64,000 nucleotides of DNA from Deltaproteobacteria bacterium (GCA_029858205.1 JAOUFM010000007.1:36423-100422), one strand, 5' to 3'; shown: positions 18,092 through 29,795, numbered from the stretch's first letter. Notes: generated by a model from the letters alone, not told the origin. Numbers and translations: made by a program.

Positions 18092-19869
18092 TGACGCAGC
18101 AGGAACATAGAAAAGAGGTTTCCCTTTTAAAGGGGCTTGGCGTTTCGCCAGGCATAGTGATAGGCAAGGCCTATGTCATCGATTCCGGCAGGGGCGATGC
18201 CGTGCAGCAGTACTATGTCGAGCCGGAGGCAGTGAAGGACGAGGTCGAGCGGTTCAAGGACGCGATAAAGAAGTCCAAGGTACAGTTAAACGACGTCAGA
18301 AAGCTTCTTGCTAAAGAGGCCCTTGGAAAAGAGCATCTTGCGATAATAGACGCGCACATAATGATGATAAACGACCAGACGCTCATCAACGACACCGTGC
18401 GCCTTGTAAAGAACGAGAGAAAGAACGCCGAGTGGGCCCTGATGACCGTGCTCGACGGCATACTCAGAATATTCGAGGGCGTTGACGACAAGTACTTCAA
18501 GGAGCGCAGTTCCGATATAGCGCACATCGTCGACAGGATAATCATGAACCTCTCGGGAAAAGAGTACCACGGCATAGCGTCCATAGATTCGCCGGTTGTC
18601 GTCATAGCGCACGATATTTCTCCGACCGACACGGCACAGATGGTAAAGGGCAAGGTGCTTGCCTTTTTGACCGATGTCGGCGGAAAGACCTCCCATACGG
18701 CCATCATGGGCAGAGCCCTCGACATACCGGCCGTAGTCGGGCTCGAGCGCGTTACCAGGCTTGCCGAAACAGGTGATACCGTGATAGTGGACGGCTCCAC
18801 CGGCACTGTCATAGTCAATCCTTCCGAGAGCATTACGGCCGTATACAGGAAGCGGCGCCAGAGGTACGAGAAGTACCAGCAGATGCTGCATCAGTATAAC
18901 GATTTGCCGGCCGAAACAACCGACGGCAAGGTTGTAAGCATACAGGGCAACATGGAAATCGTAGACGAAATATCATCGCTCGTTGAGCACGGGGTTGACG
19001 GTATAGGGCTCTACAGGACGGAGTTTCTCTATCTTGACAGAAAGGAGCTTCCTACAGAGGAGGAGCACCTTGCGGCCTACAGATACGTTGTAAAGAAGCT
19101 GGAGGGCAGGCCGGTGGTTATCCGCACGCTCGATGTCGGCGGAGACAAGGTATTGAAGCACGGCGAGGATTTCGGCGAGACCAACCCTGCGCTTGGGCTT
19201 CGCGCCATACGGTTTAGCCTTAGGCACAGGGAGATATTCAAGACGCAGCTTCGCGCGATACTTCGGGCTAGCGCATTTGGCAAGATAAAGATAATGTTCC
19301 CGATGATATCGGGGCTTGAAGAGCTTATGAGGGCCAAGGCTGTTTTAAACGAGGCCAGAGAAGAACTTCGCGCCGAGGGCCACGGTTTCGATGAAAAGGT
19401 CGAGGTCGGTATAATGATAGAGGTCCCGTCTGCCGCTGCCATAGCCGACATACTTGCCGAGGAGGCCGATTTCTTCTCGATTGGCACGAACGACCTGGTG
19501 CAGTATTCGATAGCCATAGACAGGGTAAATGAGCATGTCGCGTATCTCTATGAGCCGCTTCATCCTGCAATACTCAGGTTGATAAAGGGTGTTGTCGATG
19601 CCGCCAAGAGGCGCGGCATAGAGGTAAGCGTGTGCGGCGAGATGGCCGGGGAGCCGGAGTACGCGCTTTTATTCCTGGGCATGGGCATAACCAAGCTCAG
19701 CATGAACGCCTTTTCGGTTTTGAAGGTCAAAAAGCTTATCCGCTCGGTAAGTTACGGCGAGTCCATGGAGCTTACCGTCAAGGTATTTGCCATGAAGACC
19801 GCAAAGGAGATAGAGGCATGCCTTGTGTCGCATCTAGCGGACTTTTATAAGGAAGAGTACATGATGTAG
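18091..19869 (+). CDS. ptsI: Phosphoenolpyruvate-protein phosphotransferase (Enzyme I)
   Basis: Phospho-His motif GGKTSHTAIMGRAL and PEP-utilising C-terminal motifs (FSIGTNDLVQY, CGEMAG). Confidence 0.96.
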   Translation: MTQQEHRKEVSLLKGLGVSPGIVIGKAYVIDSGRGDAVQQYYVEPEAVKDEVERFKDAIKKSKVQLNDVRKLLAKEALGKEHLAIIDAHIMMINDQTLINDTVRLVKNERKNAEWALMTVLDGILRIFEGVDDKYFKERSSDIAHIVDRIIMNLSGKEYHGIASIDSPVVVIAHDISPTDTAQMVKGKVLAFLTDVGGKTSHTAIMGRALDIPAVVGLERVTRLAETGDTVIVDGSTGTVIVNPSESITAVYRKRRQRYEKYQQMLHQYNDLPAETTDGKVVSIQGNMEIVDEISSLVEHGVDGIGLYRTEFLYLDRKELPTEEEHLAAYRYVVKKLEGRPVVIRTLDVGGDKVLKHGEDFGETNPALGLRAIRFSLRHREIFKTQLRAILRASAFGKIKIMFPMISGLEELMRAKAVLNEAREELRAEGHGFDEKVEVGIMIEVPSAAAIADILAEEADFFSIGTNDLVQYSIAIDRVNEHVAYLYEPLHPAILRLIKGVVDAAKRRGIEVSVCGEMAGEPEYALLFLGMGITKLSMNAFSVLKVKKLIRSVSYGESMELTVKVFAMKTAKEIEACLVSHLADFYKEEYMM

Positions 19870-19948
19870 GCGGCCCCAGGGCCCTGCCGTGCGCGGCCCA
19901 TCCTTACCCCACTGGTTCTTTTTATCCCCTGAAATCACCTGAAAAATA

Positions 19949-19977
19949 TTGACAAATACCCGAAAATATTCAATAAT
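19949..19977 (+). promoter_or_regulatory. Sigma-70-type promoter candidate for metK (TTGACA-17 nt-AATAAT)
   Basis: Consensus -35 TTGACA at 19949-19954, a 17-nt spacer, and AATAAT at 19972-19977. A 7-bp inverted repeat (attcaat-aat-attgaat) overlaps the -10. Confidence 0.5.
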
Positions 19978-20028
19978 ATTGAATTCCGTAGGTCTTTACG
20001 ATAATACAATTAAGGAGAATGACACCAA

Positions 20029-21189
20029 ATGAGTGAGTATCTTTTTACATCCGAATCCGTTACAGAAGGGCATCCTGACAAGGTATCTGACCAGATATCC
20101 GACGCGGTCCTGGATGCGCACCTTACGGGCGATCCCAAGAGCCGTGTTGCCTGTGAAACGCTTGTTACGACCGGGCTTGTAGTAATAGCCGGCGAAATCA
20201 CCAGCAAGACGACGGTAAACTACCAGGAAGTCGCGAGGCAGACCATAAAGGAAATCGGCTACGAAGGCTCGGGCATGAGGTTTGATTACGAGAGCTGCGG
20301 CGTTATCGTTACCGTTGGCAAACAGTCACCTGACATTGCCATGGGTGTAGACGAGGGTAAGGAAAAGGAGCAGGGCGCCGGAGACCAGGGGCTCATGTTC
20401 GGTTACGCATGCGACCACACCGAAGAGCTGATGCCGATGCCGATCGTTTTCTCCCACAGGCTTACAAAGAGGCTTGCGGAGGCAAGAAAGACAGGGGTGC
20501 TTAAGTATCTTAGGCCAGATGGCAAGAGCCAGGTGACCATACAGTACAAGGACTCGAGGCCCGTGTCTGTAGATACAATCGTTGTTTCCACGCAGCACAC
20601 GCCCGAGGTATCGCAAAAGGATTTAATCGAAGGCGTGATGGAAGAGGTAGTGAAGAAGGTCATCCCGGCAAACCTTTTAAAGAAGGATACCAAGTATCAC
20701 ATCAACCCGACCGGGCGTTTCGAGATAGGCGGCCCTCACGGCGACTGCGGCGTTACCGGAAGAAAAATCATAGTCGACACCTACGGCGGCCACGGCAGCC
20801 ACGGCGGCGGCGCGTTCTCTGGTAAGGACCCCTCTAAGGTCGACCGCTCTGCCTCTTATATGGCAAGATACGTTGCAAAGAACATCGTTGCCGCAGGGCT
20901 TGCCTCCGAGTGCGAGGTGCAGCTTGCCTACGCAATCGGTGTGGCTGACCCGGTAAGCGTCATGGTCGATACCTTCGGAACAGAGAAGGTGGCGGTCGAT
21001 AAGATAGAGAAGCTCGTAAGTAAGCATTTTAAAATGAAGCCGGCAGACATCATCAGCGGCCTCAATCTCCTTAGGCCGATATACAGAAAGACCGCGGCGT
21101 ACGGCCACTTTGGCAGGAACGAAGAGGGCTTTACCTGGGAAAAGACCGACAAGGCCGCTGCCCTTAAGGCAGACGCAGGGCTTAAGTAG
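20029..21189 (+). CDS. metK: S-adenosylmethionine synthetase
   Basis: [24 protein letters not shown] and [17 protein letters not shown] motifs. AAGGAG Shine-Dalgarno upstream. Confidence 0.98.
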   Translation: MSEYLFTSESVTEGHPDKVSDQISDAVLDAHLTGDPKSRVACETLVTTGLVVIAGEITSKTTVNYQEVARQTIKEIGYEGSGMRFDYESCGVIVTVGKQSPDIAMGVDEGKEKEQGAGDQGLMFGYACDHTEELMPMPIVFSHRLTKRLAEARKTGVLKYLRPDGKSQVTIQYKDSRPVSVDTIVVSTQHTPEVSQKDLIEGVMEEVVKKVIPANLLKKDTKYHINPTGRFEIGGPHGDCGVTGRKIIVDTYGGHGSHGGGAFSGKDPSKVDRSASYMARYVAKNIVAAGLASECEVQLAYAIGVADPVSVMVDTFGTEKVAVDKIEKLVSKHFKMKPADIISGLNLLRPIYRKTAAYGHFGRNEEGFTWEKTDKAAALKADAGLK

Positions 21190-22509
<1,320 letters not shown>

Positions 22510-22659
22510 CAATTGGCGGCGTTTTTTGCAGCCGTTGCCAATGCCGGCTGTTTTTGATATAATAAAAGAATAGGCCGGATAATCGAATATAACGGGCCTT
22601 TTGCACGGTACGCGCGGCTTCCGCGCGTTGGCACAAAGGCCCGTATGCGTATAGACACC

Positions 22660-23409
22660 ATGAAAAAAAAGCTCGCTTTCATATTGATAGTTCTGGCGGT
22701 TGGCGCGGTTTCGGGGTGCGCCCCGAAGAAAGACGCGTATCTGCCGGCGCCCGTGTATTTCGAAAAGGGTATGAGCAGTTATTTTGCCGGTATGTACGGG
22801 GAGTCGGAGACCAACTTCAAGGCCATACTCGAGAGCGACCCGCTTAGCCCAGAGGCAGTCGAGGCCATGCTCATACTTGCGGACGTGTATTATACCAAGG
22901 AGGAGTACGAGAGCGCGGCCCTTTATTACACGAACTTCTACTCCATGCACCCCGGGCACCCGAGGGCCGAGTACGCGCTATTTCAGAAGGGCATGAGCAA
23001 TTTTCTAGAGATGGGGCCCGTTGACCGCGACCTGGCGTCAGCGAAAAAGGCCCTCATAGCCTTCGAGGACCTTACCAGGGATTATCCTGGCGGCGTGTAC
23101 GCGCCAAAGGCCGCTGACATGGTGGTATTTATAAAGAAACGTCTTGCCGAAAACGAGCTCATCGTAGGCAGGTTTTATCTAAAGGCAAAAAACTATAAGG
23201 GCGCTCTCTTGAGGTTCGGGTATCTTCTTGACCAGTACCCGGATTCGGGTTTTTCGGATTCGGCCCTTTTCTTCATAGGCGAGACCTATGGCAAACTCGG
23301 GGAAACAAGGCTTGCCGACGAGGCGTATTTATCTCTCGTTAATTCATACCCTGAGAGCCGCTATGTTTCAAAGGCAAGAAACAGGATATCGGCGCAGCAG
23401 GGAAGTTAG
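22660..23409 (+). CDS. bamD: Outer membrane protein assembly factor BamD (YfiO-like TPR lipoprotein)
   Basis: Lipoprotein signal with lipobox AVSGC, followed by TPR-like helices of BamD length (about 250 aa). Confidence 0.75.
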   Translation: MKKKLAFILIVLAVGAVSGCAPKKDAYLPAPVYFEKGMSSYFAGMYGESETNFKAILESDPLSPEAVEAMLILADVYYTKEEYESAALYYTNFYSMHPGHPRAEYALFQKGMSNFLEMGPVDRDLASAKKALIAFEDLTRDYPGGVYAPKAADMVVFIKKRLAENELIVGRFYLKAKNYKGALLRFGYLLDQYPDSGFSDSALFFIGETYGKLGETRLADEAYLSLVNSYPESRYVSKARNRISAQQGS

Positions 23410-23523
23410 CCTTGACCGCGTGGCATTTGTGCTTGCCGTAACCGAGTTTATTGTGGTATTTTAAGGTTTCCTGCCGGCGCGTGCTTGCTACGTCGGTAAA
23501 ATTCCAACTTAGGGGGCTTTGAG

Positions 23524-24249
23524 ATGGCAGATTGGCAGGAACACTACGAGCTTGGCAAGAAAACATTCAGGGAAAATAACTACGCCGAAGCCCTTGTGCA
23601 CCTTGAAAAGGTGGTGAAGGAGAAGGCGACCTTTGCCGACATCCATAACATGCTCGGCATCATTTACTATAACGCAAACCGCAACGACGAGGCCATAAGG
23701 GCCTTTTCCCAGGCCATCCGGCTAAATCCACGTTATACCGAAGCGTCTCTTAACCTGGCCGTTGTTTATAACGAGCTCGGGCAGTTCGACAAGGCGCAGG
23801 AGGTATATGCCCTGGCAAAGACCTCTGTAGCGGAACCTGATAAAAGCGCAAAGGATAAGGACGCATACCTTGACCCGTACGTGAAGGGCAAGCTCGCGAA
23901 CATGCACGCTGAGCTCGGTAACATCTATAAGGACGTAGGGCGTTACGACGAGGCTGTTTATGAGTACGGCATGGCGCTTAAGCTTCGACCCGATTTTGTG
24001 GATATAAAGGTCGCCCTCGGTACCGTTTACAGGGACACAAAGGAGATAGGGAAGGCCATAAAGTGCTTCAAGGATGCCATAGATATCAGAAAAGAGTACT
24101 GGCCTGCGTACGTGCAGCTTGGGCTAACGCATTATACCTCCGGAGACGAGGGTAGCGCCAAGGAGGAGTGGCTAAAGGTGCTTAGCAAGAACCCGGGCCA
24201 CAAGCTCGCCAATATGTACCTTGCCATGCTAGATAAGAAAAAGAAGTAA
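23524..24249 (+). CDS. Tetratricopeptide (TPR) repeat protein
   Basis: Repeated TPR consensus (A..F..AI.L.P.Y..A..NLA..Y...G....A). No signal peptide. Confidence 0.65.
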   Translation: MADWQEHYELGKKTFRENNYAEALVHLEKVVKEKATFADIHNMLGIIYYNANRNDEAIRAFSQAIRLNPRYTEASLNLAVVYNELGQFDKAQEVYALAKTSVAEPDKSAKDKDAYLDPYVKGKLANMHAELGNIYKDVGRYDEAVYEYGMALKLRPDFVDIKVALGTVYRDTKEIGKAIKCFKDAIDIRKEYWPAYVQLGLTHYTSGDEGSAKEEWLKVLSKNPGHKLANMYLAMLDKKKK

Positions 24250-24275
24250 GCGCGGCGTATTGGATAGTAAAAGAA

Positions 24276-24310
24276 TTAAAGGCCCTGTCAAAGAGACAGG
24301 GCCTTTTTTA
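24276..24310. terminator. Bidirectional intrinsic terminator between the TPR gene (+) and alaS (-)
   Basis: Stem ggccctgtc / gacagggcc with a 5-nt loop, flanked by ttaaa on one side and tttttt on the other. Confidence 0.8.
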
Positions 24311-24346
24311 TTGGATGCAATGCGGCGTCTGGCAGGGGGGGCTGTG

Positions 24347-26998
24347 CTATTTGCCCTTCAAGAGTTCTTCGACCGTGTCCTTTGCGGCCTTTATGGCCTC
24401 TGTAATCCTGCTTGTATCCTTACCTCCGGCCTGCGCCATGTCTGGCTTTCCGCCGCCCTTGCCGCCAATCATCGGGGCAAGGCGCTTTATTATTTCTCCG
24501 GCACTGATGCGCTTTGTTATGTCGGGTGTGACAGATGCAAGCAGCATTGCCTTGCCGTCTATTGCAGCCGCAAGCACAACGACACTTTGCTTTGCGTTGG
24601 CCTTTAGCGCGTCGGAAATGGTTCTTAGCGCCTCTGTTGCGTCGGCCTCAACGACAGCGGCAACGAGGTTTACGCCTAGCACATCGATAGAGCTCTTTGC
24701 TAGCGTATCGGCAAGGCCCGAGTCCTTTTTGCTCTTTATAGATGAAAGCTCTCTCTCGATCTCCCGCTGCGACTCGATGAGTTTTAAGACTTTGTCCTTA
24801 ACGTCGGCCCTGGAGCCCTTTAGCACGGCTGCTATTTCGTTTAGCGTGTCCTCGGCGAGGTTAAACGACTTTATCGCGCCGTCGCCTGTAGTGGCCTCGA
24901 TTCTCCTTACCCCTGATGCAACCGAGCCCTCGGAGGTTATTTTTATGAGCCCTATGTCGCCTGTCATGGCAACGTGCGTGCCGCCGCAAAGCTCGGCGCT
25001 CACGCCTGGCACGGTGACCATGCGAACTGTGTCCCCGTACTTTTCACCGAAAAAGGCGAGGGCGCCTTTTTCTATCGCCGTCTTGTGGGAAAGTATCTCG
25101 GTCGTTACCGGAATATTTTCGCGTATTACGGCATTTATTCTCTCTTCCATGGCGCGTATGTCCTCGCGCGTTAGAGGCGAAAAATGGTTAAAGTCGAAGC
25201 GGAAACCCTCGGGGGTGACGAGCGAGCCTGCCTGTCTTACGTGTTTGCCGAGCACGTTTCTAAGTGTCGAGTGCAGAAGATGCGTGGCAGTGTGGTTTCT
25301 GCAGGTTGCTGCGCGTTTTTCGAGGTCAGGGATAAGCTCCGCGTCCAACCCTGCGGTTATAGCGCCTTCTTCAACTGTGCAGATGTGGACAAACAGCTTC
25401 TCCGATGCCTTTTTGGTGTCTAGCACGCGTATACTGAAGCCTTTGCCTATGATTACGCCCGTATCGCCTGATTGTCCGCCGCCTTCGGCGTAGAAGGGGG
25501 TTTCCGGCGTTGTTATTGCCACCTTGTCGCCCTTCTTGGCGCTTTCCGCGAGAGCGCCGTTCTTGAGAATGCCGCTTATCTTACTTGATGTCACGTCCAT
25601 GTGGTAGCCCGTGAACACGGAGGTAAGGCCTTTTTCTACGAGCACAGAGTAGCCTGCCTCGCCAACCGAGCCCTCGGCCATGCCTTTCCACGACTGCCTG
25701 GCCATTTCCTTTTGCTTTTCCATCTCTGTAGTGAAGCCGTCCTCGTCGACCGAGAAGCCGTCCTTTTTGACTATATCGGCGGTGAGATCTATGGGGAAGC
25801 CGTATGTGTCGTAGAGCTTAAAAGAGAAGGCGCCGTCGACAACGGTCTTTTTGGCTTTTTTCATTGAGGCTACTTCTTCGTTAAGCATCGAGAGCCCGCG
25901 CTCGAGGGTTTCGAGGAAACGTTCCTCTTCGCTAACCGTCGCGTTCTTTATTATTTCAACTGAACGGCCAAGAGTGGGGTACGCGTCCTTCATCGTGTCA
26001 ATGACAGCGAGAGCGGCCTTGTAGAGAAACGGCTCGGTTAATCCGAGGAAGCTGCCGTGGCGTATGGCCCTGCGCATTATGCGGCGAAGCACGTAGCCGC
26101 GTCCTTCGTTAGACGGCAACAGGCCGTCGCATATAAGGAATGCCGTTGCCCTTGCGTGGTCTGCGATTGCCTTTATGGACACGTCCTTTTCGCTGTCTTT
26201 GCCGTATCTCACGCCTGATGCATCTTCGATTGCCGCTATTATAGGCGCAAAGAGGTCTGTGTCGTAGTTGCTCTTTTTTCCCTGCACGACGCAAGAGAGC
26301 CTTTCAAGCCCCATTCCCGTGTCTATACTGGGTTTTGGAAGCGGCGTCATGGCGCCCTTTTCGTCCCTGTTAAATTGCATGAACACGAGGTTCCATATCT
26401 CAAGGAACCTGTCGCAGTCGCATCCGACGGAACAGGACGGCTTGCCGCAGCCTATGTCTTGCCCCTGGTCTATGAGTATCTCCGAGCACGGGCCGCAGGG
26501 GCCTGTATCTCCCATGCTCCAGAAGTTGTCTTTCTCGCCAAGCCGTACTATTTTAGAGGAGGGGAGCTTGATTTTATCTTTCCAGATTTCCGCTGCCTCG
26601 TCGTCCTCGGTAAATACCGTTGCGTAGAGTTTGTCGGAGGGAAGTTTCATTTCCTTTGTAAGGAATTCCCAGGCATACTCTATGGCTTCGGTCTTGAAGT
26701 AGTCGCCAAAGGAGAAGTTCCCGAGCATCTCGAAGAATGTATGATGCCTCGCGGTCCTTCCGACGTTTTCGAGGTCGTTGTGTTTGCCTCCGGCGCGCAC
26801 GCACTTCTGGCAGCTTGCAGCGCGCGTATAGGGGCGTTTATCCTCGCCGGTGAAGACGCGTTTGAACTGCACCATGCCGGCGTTTGTAAAGAGAAGTGTC
26901 GGGTCTGCTTCCGGGATAAGGGCAGATGAGTCTACGGGAGAGTGGTTTTTGTCCTTAAAGTATTCGAGGAATTTCCTTCTAATGTCTTTTGCTCGCAT
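24347..26998 (-). CDS. alaS: Alanine-tRNA ligase
   Basis: 883 aa. Class II core (FTNAGMVQFK, RAGGKHNDLENVG), editing-domain HxxxH (HTATHLLH), and a C-terminal DHHA1-like GGKGGGKPDMAQ. Confidence 0.98.
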   Translation of the reverse strand: MRAKDIRRKFLEYFKDKNHSPVDSSALIPEADPTLLFTNAGMVQFKRVFTGEDKRPYTRAASCQKCVRAGGKHNDLENVGRTARHHTFFEMLGNFSFGDYFKTEAIEYAWEFLTKEMKLPSDKLYATVFTEDDEAAEIWKDKIKLPSSKIVRLGEKDNFWSMGDTGPCGPCSEILIDQGQDIGCGKPSCSVGCDCDRFLEIWNLVFMQFNRDEKGAMTPLPKPSIDTGMGLERLSCVVQGKKSNYDTDLFAPIIAAIEDASGVRYGKDSEKDVSIKAIADHARATAFLICDGLLPSNEGRGYVLRRIMRRAIRHGSFLGLTEPFLYKAALAVIDTMKDAYPTLGRSVEIIKNATVSEEERFLETLERGLSMLNEEVASMKKAKKTVVDGAFSFKLYDTYGFPIDLTADIVKKDGFSVDEDGFTTEMEKQKEMARQSWKGMAEGSVGEAGYSVLVEKGLTSVFTGYHMDVTSSKISGILKNGALAESAKKGDKVAITTPETPFYAEGGGQSGDTGVIIGKGFSIRVLDTKKASEKLFVHICTVEEGAITAGLDAELIPDLEKRAATCRNHTATHLLHSTLRNVLGKHVRQAGSLVTPEGFRFDFNHFSPLTREDIRAMEERINAVIRENIPVTTEILSHKTAIEKGALAFFGEKYGDTVRMVTVPGVSAELCGGTHVAMTGDIGLIKITSEGSVASGVRRIEATTGDGAIKSFNLAEDTLNEIAAVLKGSRADVKDKVLKLIESQREIERELSSIKSKKDSGLADTLAKSSIDVLGVNLVAAVVEADATEALRTISDALKANAKQSVVVLAAAIDGKAMLLASVTPDITKRISAGEIIKRLAPMIGGKGGGKPDMAQAGGKDTSRITEAIKAAKDTVEELLKGK

Positions 26999-27019
26999 CC
27001 TTATTCCACCGTAAGTCTT

Positions 27020-27526
27020 TTATTCGCCGTCGTCGGCGCTGCTTTTTATTGCCGCCTTTATGGCGTCGTACGAAAAACCGCGCGAGGCAAGGAACCTTGC
27101 TGTGCGCATCTCAAATTCCCTCTCGGGCATTTCGCGTGCCCGTTTGGCGTTCTTTTTTCTGTACCGCCCGGCAGCCTCTATCGCCGAAGCGAGCTCGTCG
27201 TCCTTGCCAATCGAGGCGGTCGCGGTCTTTACTGTCTCGTCGGCAACGCCTTTGCGCCTGAGCTCGGCCTGAATCTTGAGCATGCCCCAGTTTTTCGAGC
27301 GTAGTCTGCTTGAGGCGAGGTTTAGAGCGAAGTTTTCGTCGTTTATGTAGCCGTGTTCCTTGAGGCGTTTGACGGCAGTATCCTGTTCTTCGCCGTCAAA
27401 GCCCTTTTTTACGAGTTTTTCGCGTATTTCCGCCTCTGAGTGCGCTCTAAGGGCTAGCATTCTCAGCGCACTGTCAAAGGCCGATACCCTTGGCCGTCCG
27501 GCGCCGTCAGACTTAGCGCGCGGCAT
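27020..27526 (-). CDS. recX: Recombination regulator RecX
   Basis: 168-aa helical-repeat protein (ALRMLALRAHSEAEIREKL.KKG) in the usual position next to alaS. Confidence 0.85.
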   Translation of the reverse strand: MPRAKSDGAGRPRVSAFDSALRMLALRAHSEAEIREKLVKKGFDGEEQDTAVKRLKEHGYINDENFALNLASSRLRSKNWGMLKIQAELRRKGVADETVKTATASIGKDDELASAIEAAGRYRKKNAKRAREMPEREFEMRTARFLASRGFSYDAIKAAIKSSADDGE

Positions 27527-27529
27527 GCC

Positions 27530-28735
27530 TTAGAAGCGTTCGATACCCGAGGAGCCGCCAGCGCCTGTGCCGCCGCCGGCAGTGCCGCCGCCGGTGCCGC
27601 CGCTTGGCTCTCCGCCGCCCTCACCCCAAACGCTCGAATCGTCTCCGCCGGATATGCCCTTGAATTTGAGGGCGAAGTCGTCGGGGTTGGTTGCCTGTCT
27701 AATGGCCTCGTCGTAGTCGATGTGTCCCTTCTTCAGAAGCGACATGATAGATTGGTCGAATGTCTGCATGCCGTACGTGGTAAAGCCCTTTGATATGGCG
27801 TCGTGGATTTCCTTTGTTTTCTCCTTGTCCACGATGCATTCTCTGACCCTTGATGTACTGACCAGAACCTCGACTGCCGGAACTCTCGACGTGCCGTCCA
27901 CCTTTGGCAGCAAGCGCTGCGAGATGACGGCCTTTAGGACTCCGGCAAGCTGTATTCTTATTTGCTTTTGCTGGTACGGAGGGAAGACTGAGACTATGCG
28001 GTTTACTGTTTCCATCGCGTCGATTGTGTGGAGCGTTGAGAGCACAAGGTGCCCTGTCTCTGCCGCGGTGAGGGCGATTTCTATTGTTTCCACGTCCCTC
28101 ATCTCTCCGACCATGATGACGTCGGGGTCTTGTCTTAGCGCGCCTCTTAGCGCCTCTGCGAAGCTGTTGGTGTCAACGCCTATTTCCCTCTGATTTATGA
28201 TGCAGCGTTTATCCCTGTGAAGGAACTCTATGGGGTCTTCGATGCTGATGACGTTGCACGAGCGGTTGTTGTTTATGTGGTCGAGCACGGAGGCGAGGGT
28301 GGTGGACTTTCCGCTTCCGGTGATGCCGGTTACGAGAATGAGGCCGCGCATTTCCTGCGCGATTTTTTCGAGCACCTTGGGCAGATGGAGCTCTTCGAAG
28401 GTGAGTATCTGCACCGGGATGACCCTTAGCACTATTCCAGCCGCGCCGCGCTGCTGGAATATGTTAACCCTGAACCTTCCAAGCCCGGGAACGCTGTACG
28501 CGATATCTGCCTGGTGGCTTTTTTTGTAGACTTCCTTTTGCGTGTCGTTCATTATCTTCATCGCCGCCTGGAGCACGTCTTCCGGCGACAACCGCGGATG
28601 GTTCTTTAGAGGGATGAGCTTTCCGTAAACCCTCATGATGGGCGGAAGCCCGGACTTTATGTGCACGTCAGAGGCCTGTTCCTTGACGGCCTGGTTAAGG
28701 ATTGATGCCAAATCGATAGGGGCCGGTGTAGACAT
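27530..28735 (-). CDS. pilT: Type IV pilus retraction ATPase PilT-like, with a Gly-rich C-terminal tail
   Basis: Walker A GITGSGKSTT, Asp box, Walker B DPDVIMVGEMRD, and His box TGHLVLSTLHT. An extra roughly 45-aa tail reads GGDDSSVWGEGGGEPSGGTGGGTAGGGTGAGGSSG. Confidence 0.9.
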   Translation of the reverse strand: MSTPAPIDLASILNQAVKEQASDVHIKSGLPPIMRVYGKLIPLKNHPRLSPEDVLQAAMKIMNDTQKEVYKKSHQADIAYSVPGLGRFRVNIFQQRGAAGIVLRVIPVQILTFEELHLPKVLEKIAQEMRGLILVTGITGSGKSTTLASVLDHINNNRSCNVISIEDPIEFLHRDKRCIINQREIGVDTNSFAEALRGALRQDPDVIMVGEMRDVETIEIALTAAETGHLVLSTLHTIDAMETVNRIVSVFPPYQQKQIRIQLAGVLKAVISQRLLPKVDGTSRVPAVEVLVSTSRVRECIVDKEKTKEIHDAISKGFTTYGMQTFDQSIMSLLKKGHIDYDEAIRQATNPDDFALKFKGISGGDDSSVWGEGGGEPSGGTGGGTAGGGTGAGGSSGIERF

Positions 28736-28736
28736 T

Positions 28737-29795
28737 TTATTTTTCCTCCTTCTTTGTGGTCGTAGGTTTGCCTATGCCAAAGTGTTCGAATATCTTTGCC
28801 GAGAGCTCTTTTGCCTTCTGCGGGTTTTCCTTTAGAAACGTCTTTGCGGCCTCTCTGCCCTGGCCGATACGTTCGCTGCCGTAGGAGAACCAGGAGCCGC
28901 TTTTTTCGATGACGTTAGAGACTACGCCGAGGTCTATAAGGTCGCCTTCCTTGGATATGCCCTCGTTGAATATTATGTCGAACTCTGCCTCTCTAAAAGG
29001 CGGAGCAAGCTTGTTCTTTACCACCTTTACTCTCGTCCTGTTGCCGATGATTTCATCGCCGTTCTTTATCTGCCCGGTCTTACGGATGTCCATTCTAAGC
29101 GACGCGTAAAACTTAAGGGCATTTCCTCCGGTGGTCGTTTCCGGGCTTCCGTAGAACACGCCTATTTTATGGCGTATCTGGTTTATGAATATCATGCAGG
29201 TTTTGCTTTTGCTGATGGTCGCGGTGAGCTTTCTAAGGGCCTGGCTCATAAGGCGTGCCTGGAGCCCCATGTGGGAGTCTCCCATCTCACCCTCTATTTC
29301 GGCCTTTGGCACAAGTGCTGCTACCGAGTCTATTACTATAAGGTCCACTGCGCCGCTTCTAACGAGCATGTCCGCTATTTCAAGGGCCTGCTCTCCGGTG
29401 TCCGGCTGCGAGAGAAGGAGCTCGTCTGGGTTGACGCCAAGCTTTTTCGCGTATTCGATGTCAAGGGCGTGCTCCGCGTCCACGAACGCCACGGTGCCGC
29501 CGGTTTTTTGCGCCTCGGCGGCTATGTGGAGCGTAAGGGTTGTCTTGCCGGACGACTCGGGGCCGTATATCTCCACTATCCTTCCGCGCGGCACTCCGCC
29601 GATGCCAAGCGCTATGTCCAGGGAAGGCGAGCCGCTTGGTATGGTCGCTATCTCTGCTGTCTGTACGCCTTCGCCAAGGCGCATGATAGCGCCCTTGCCA
29701 AACTGCTTTTCAATCTGCGTTATGGCAAGCTCTATGGCCTTGCCCTTTGTGGACGCTTGGGCTGCGGTTGCCTGCTGCGGCTGTTTTGCTGACAT
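28737..29795 (-). CDS. recA: Recombinase RecA
   Basis: [23 protein letters not shown] and Walker [10 protein letters not shown]. The ATG at 29795 has a GGAGA Shine-Dalgarno 7 nt upstream and is preferred over the TTG at 29849 in the ORF track. Confidence 0.97.
   Translation of the reverse strand: MSAKQPQQATAAQASTKGKAIELAITQIEKQFGKGAIMRLGEGVQTAEIATIPSGSPSLDIALGIGGVPRGRIVEIYGPESSGKTTLTLHIAAEAQKTGGTVAFVDAEHALDIEYAKKLGVNPDELLLSQPDTGEQALEIADMLVRSGAVDLIVIDSVAALVPKAEIEGEMGDSHMGLQARLMSQALRKLTATISKSKTCMIFINQIRHKIGVFYGSPETTTGGNALKFYASLRMDIRKTGQIKNGDEIIGNRTRVKVVKNKLAPPFREAEFDIIFNEGISKEGDLIDLGVVSNVIEKSGSWFSYGSERIGQGREAAKTFLKENPQKAKELSAKIFEHFGIGKPTTTKKEEK

Noticed and set aside
19870-20028. Possible SAM riboswitch upstream of metK
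   Set aside because: The distance from the candidate -10 to the ATG is only about 50 nt, too short for the SAM riboswitch classes I can recognise, and I saw none of their conserved sequence features.
23421-23436. Sigma-54-like TGGCAT...CTTGCC upstream of the TPR gene
   Set aside because: The GG-to-GC spacing is one base too long (13 instead of 12) and the -12 element is imperfect.
24315-25493. 392-aa plus-strand ORF
   Set aside because: It is entirely antisense to the strongly conserved alaS gene. The product is Ser/Ala/Pro-rich low-complexity sequence, typical of shadow ORFs opposite GC-rich coding DNA.
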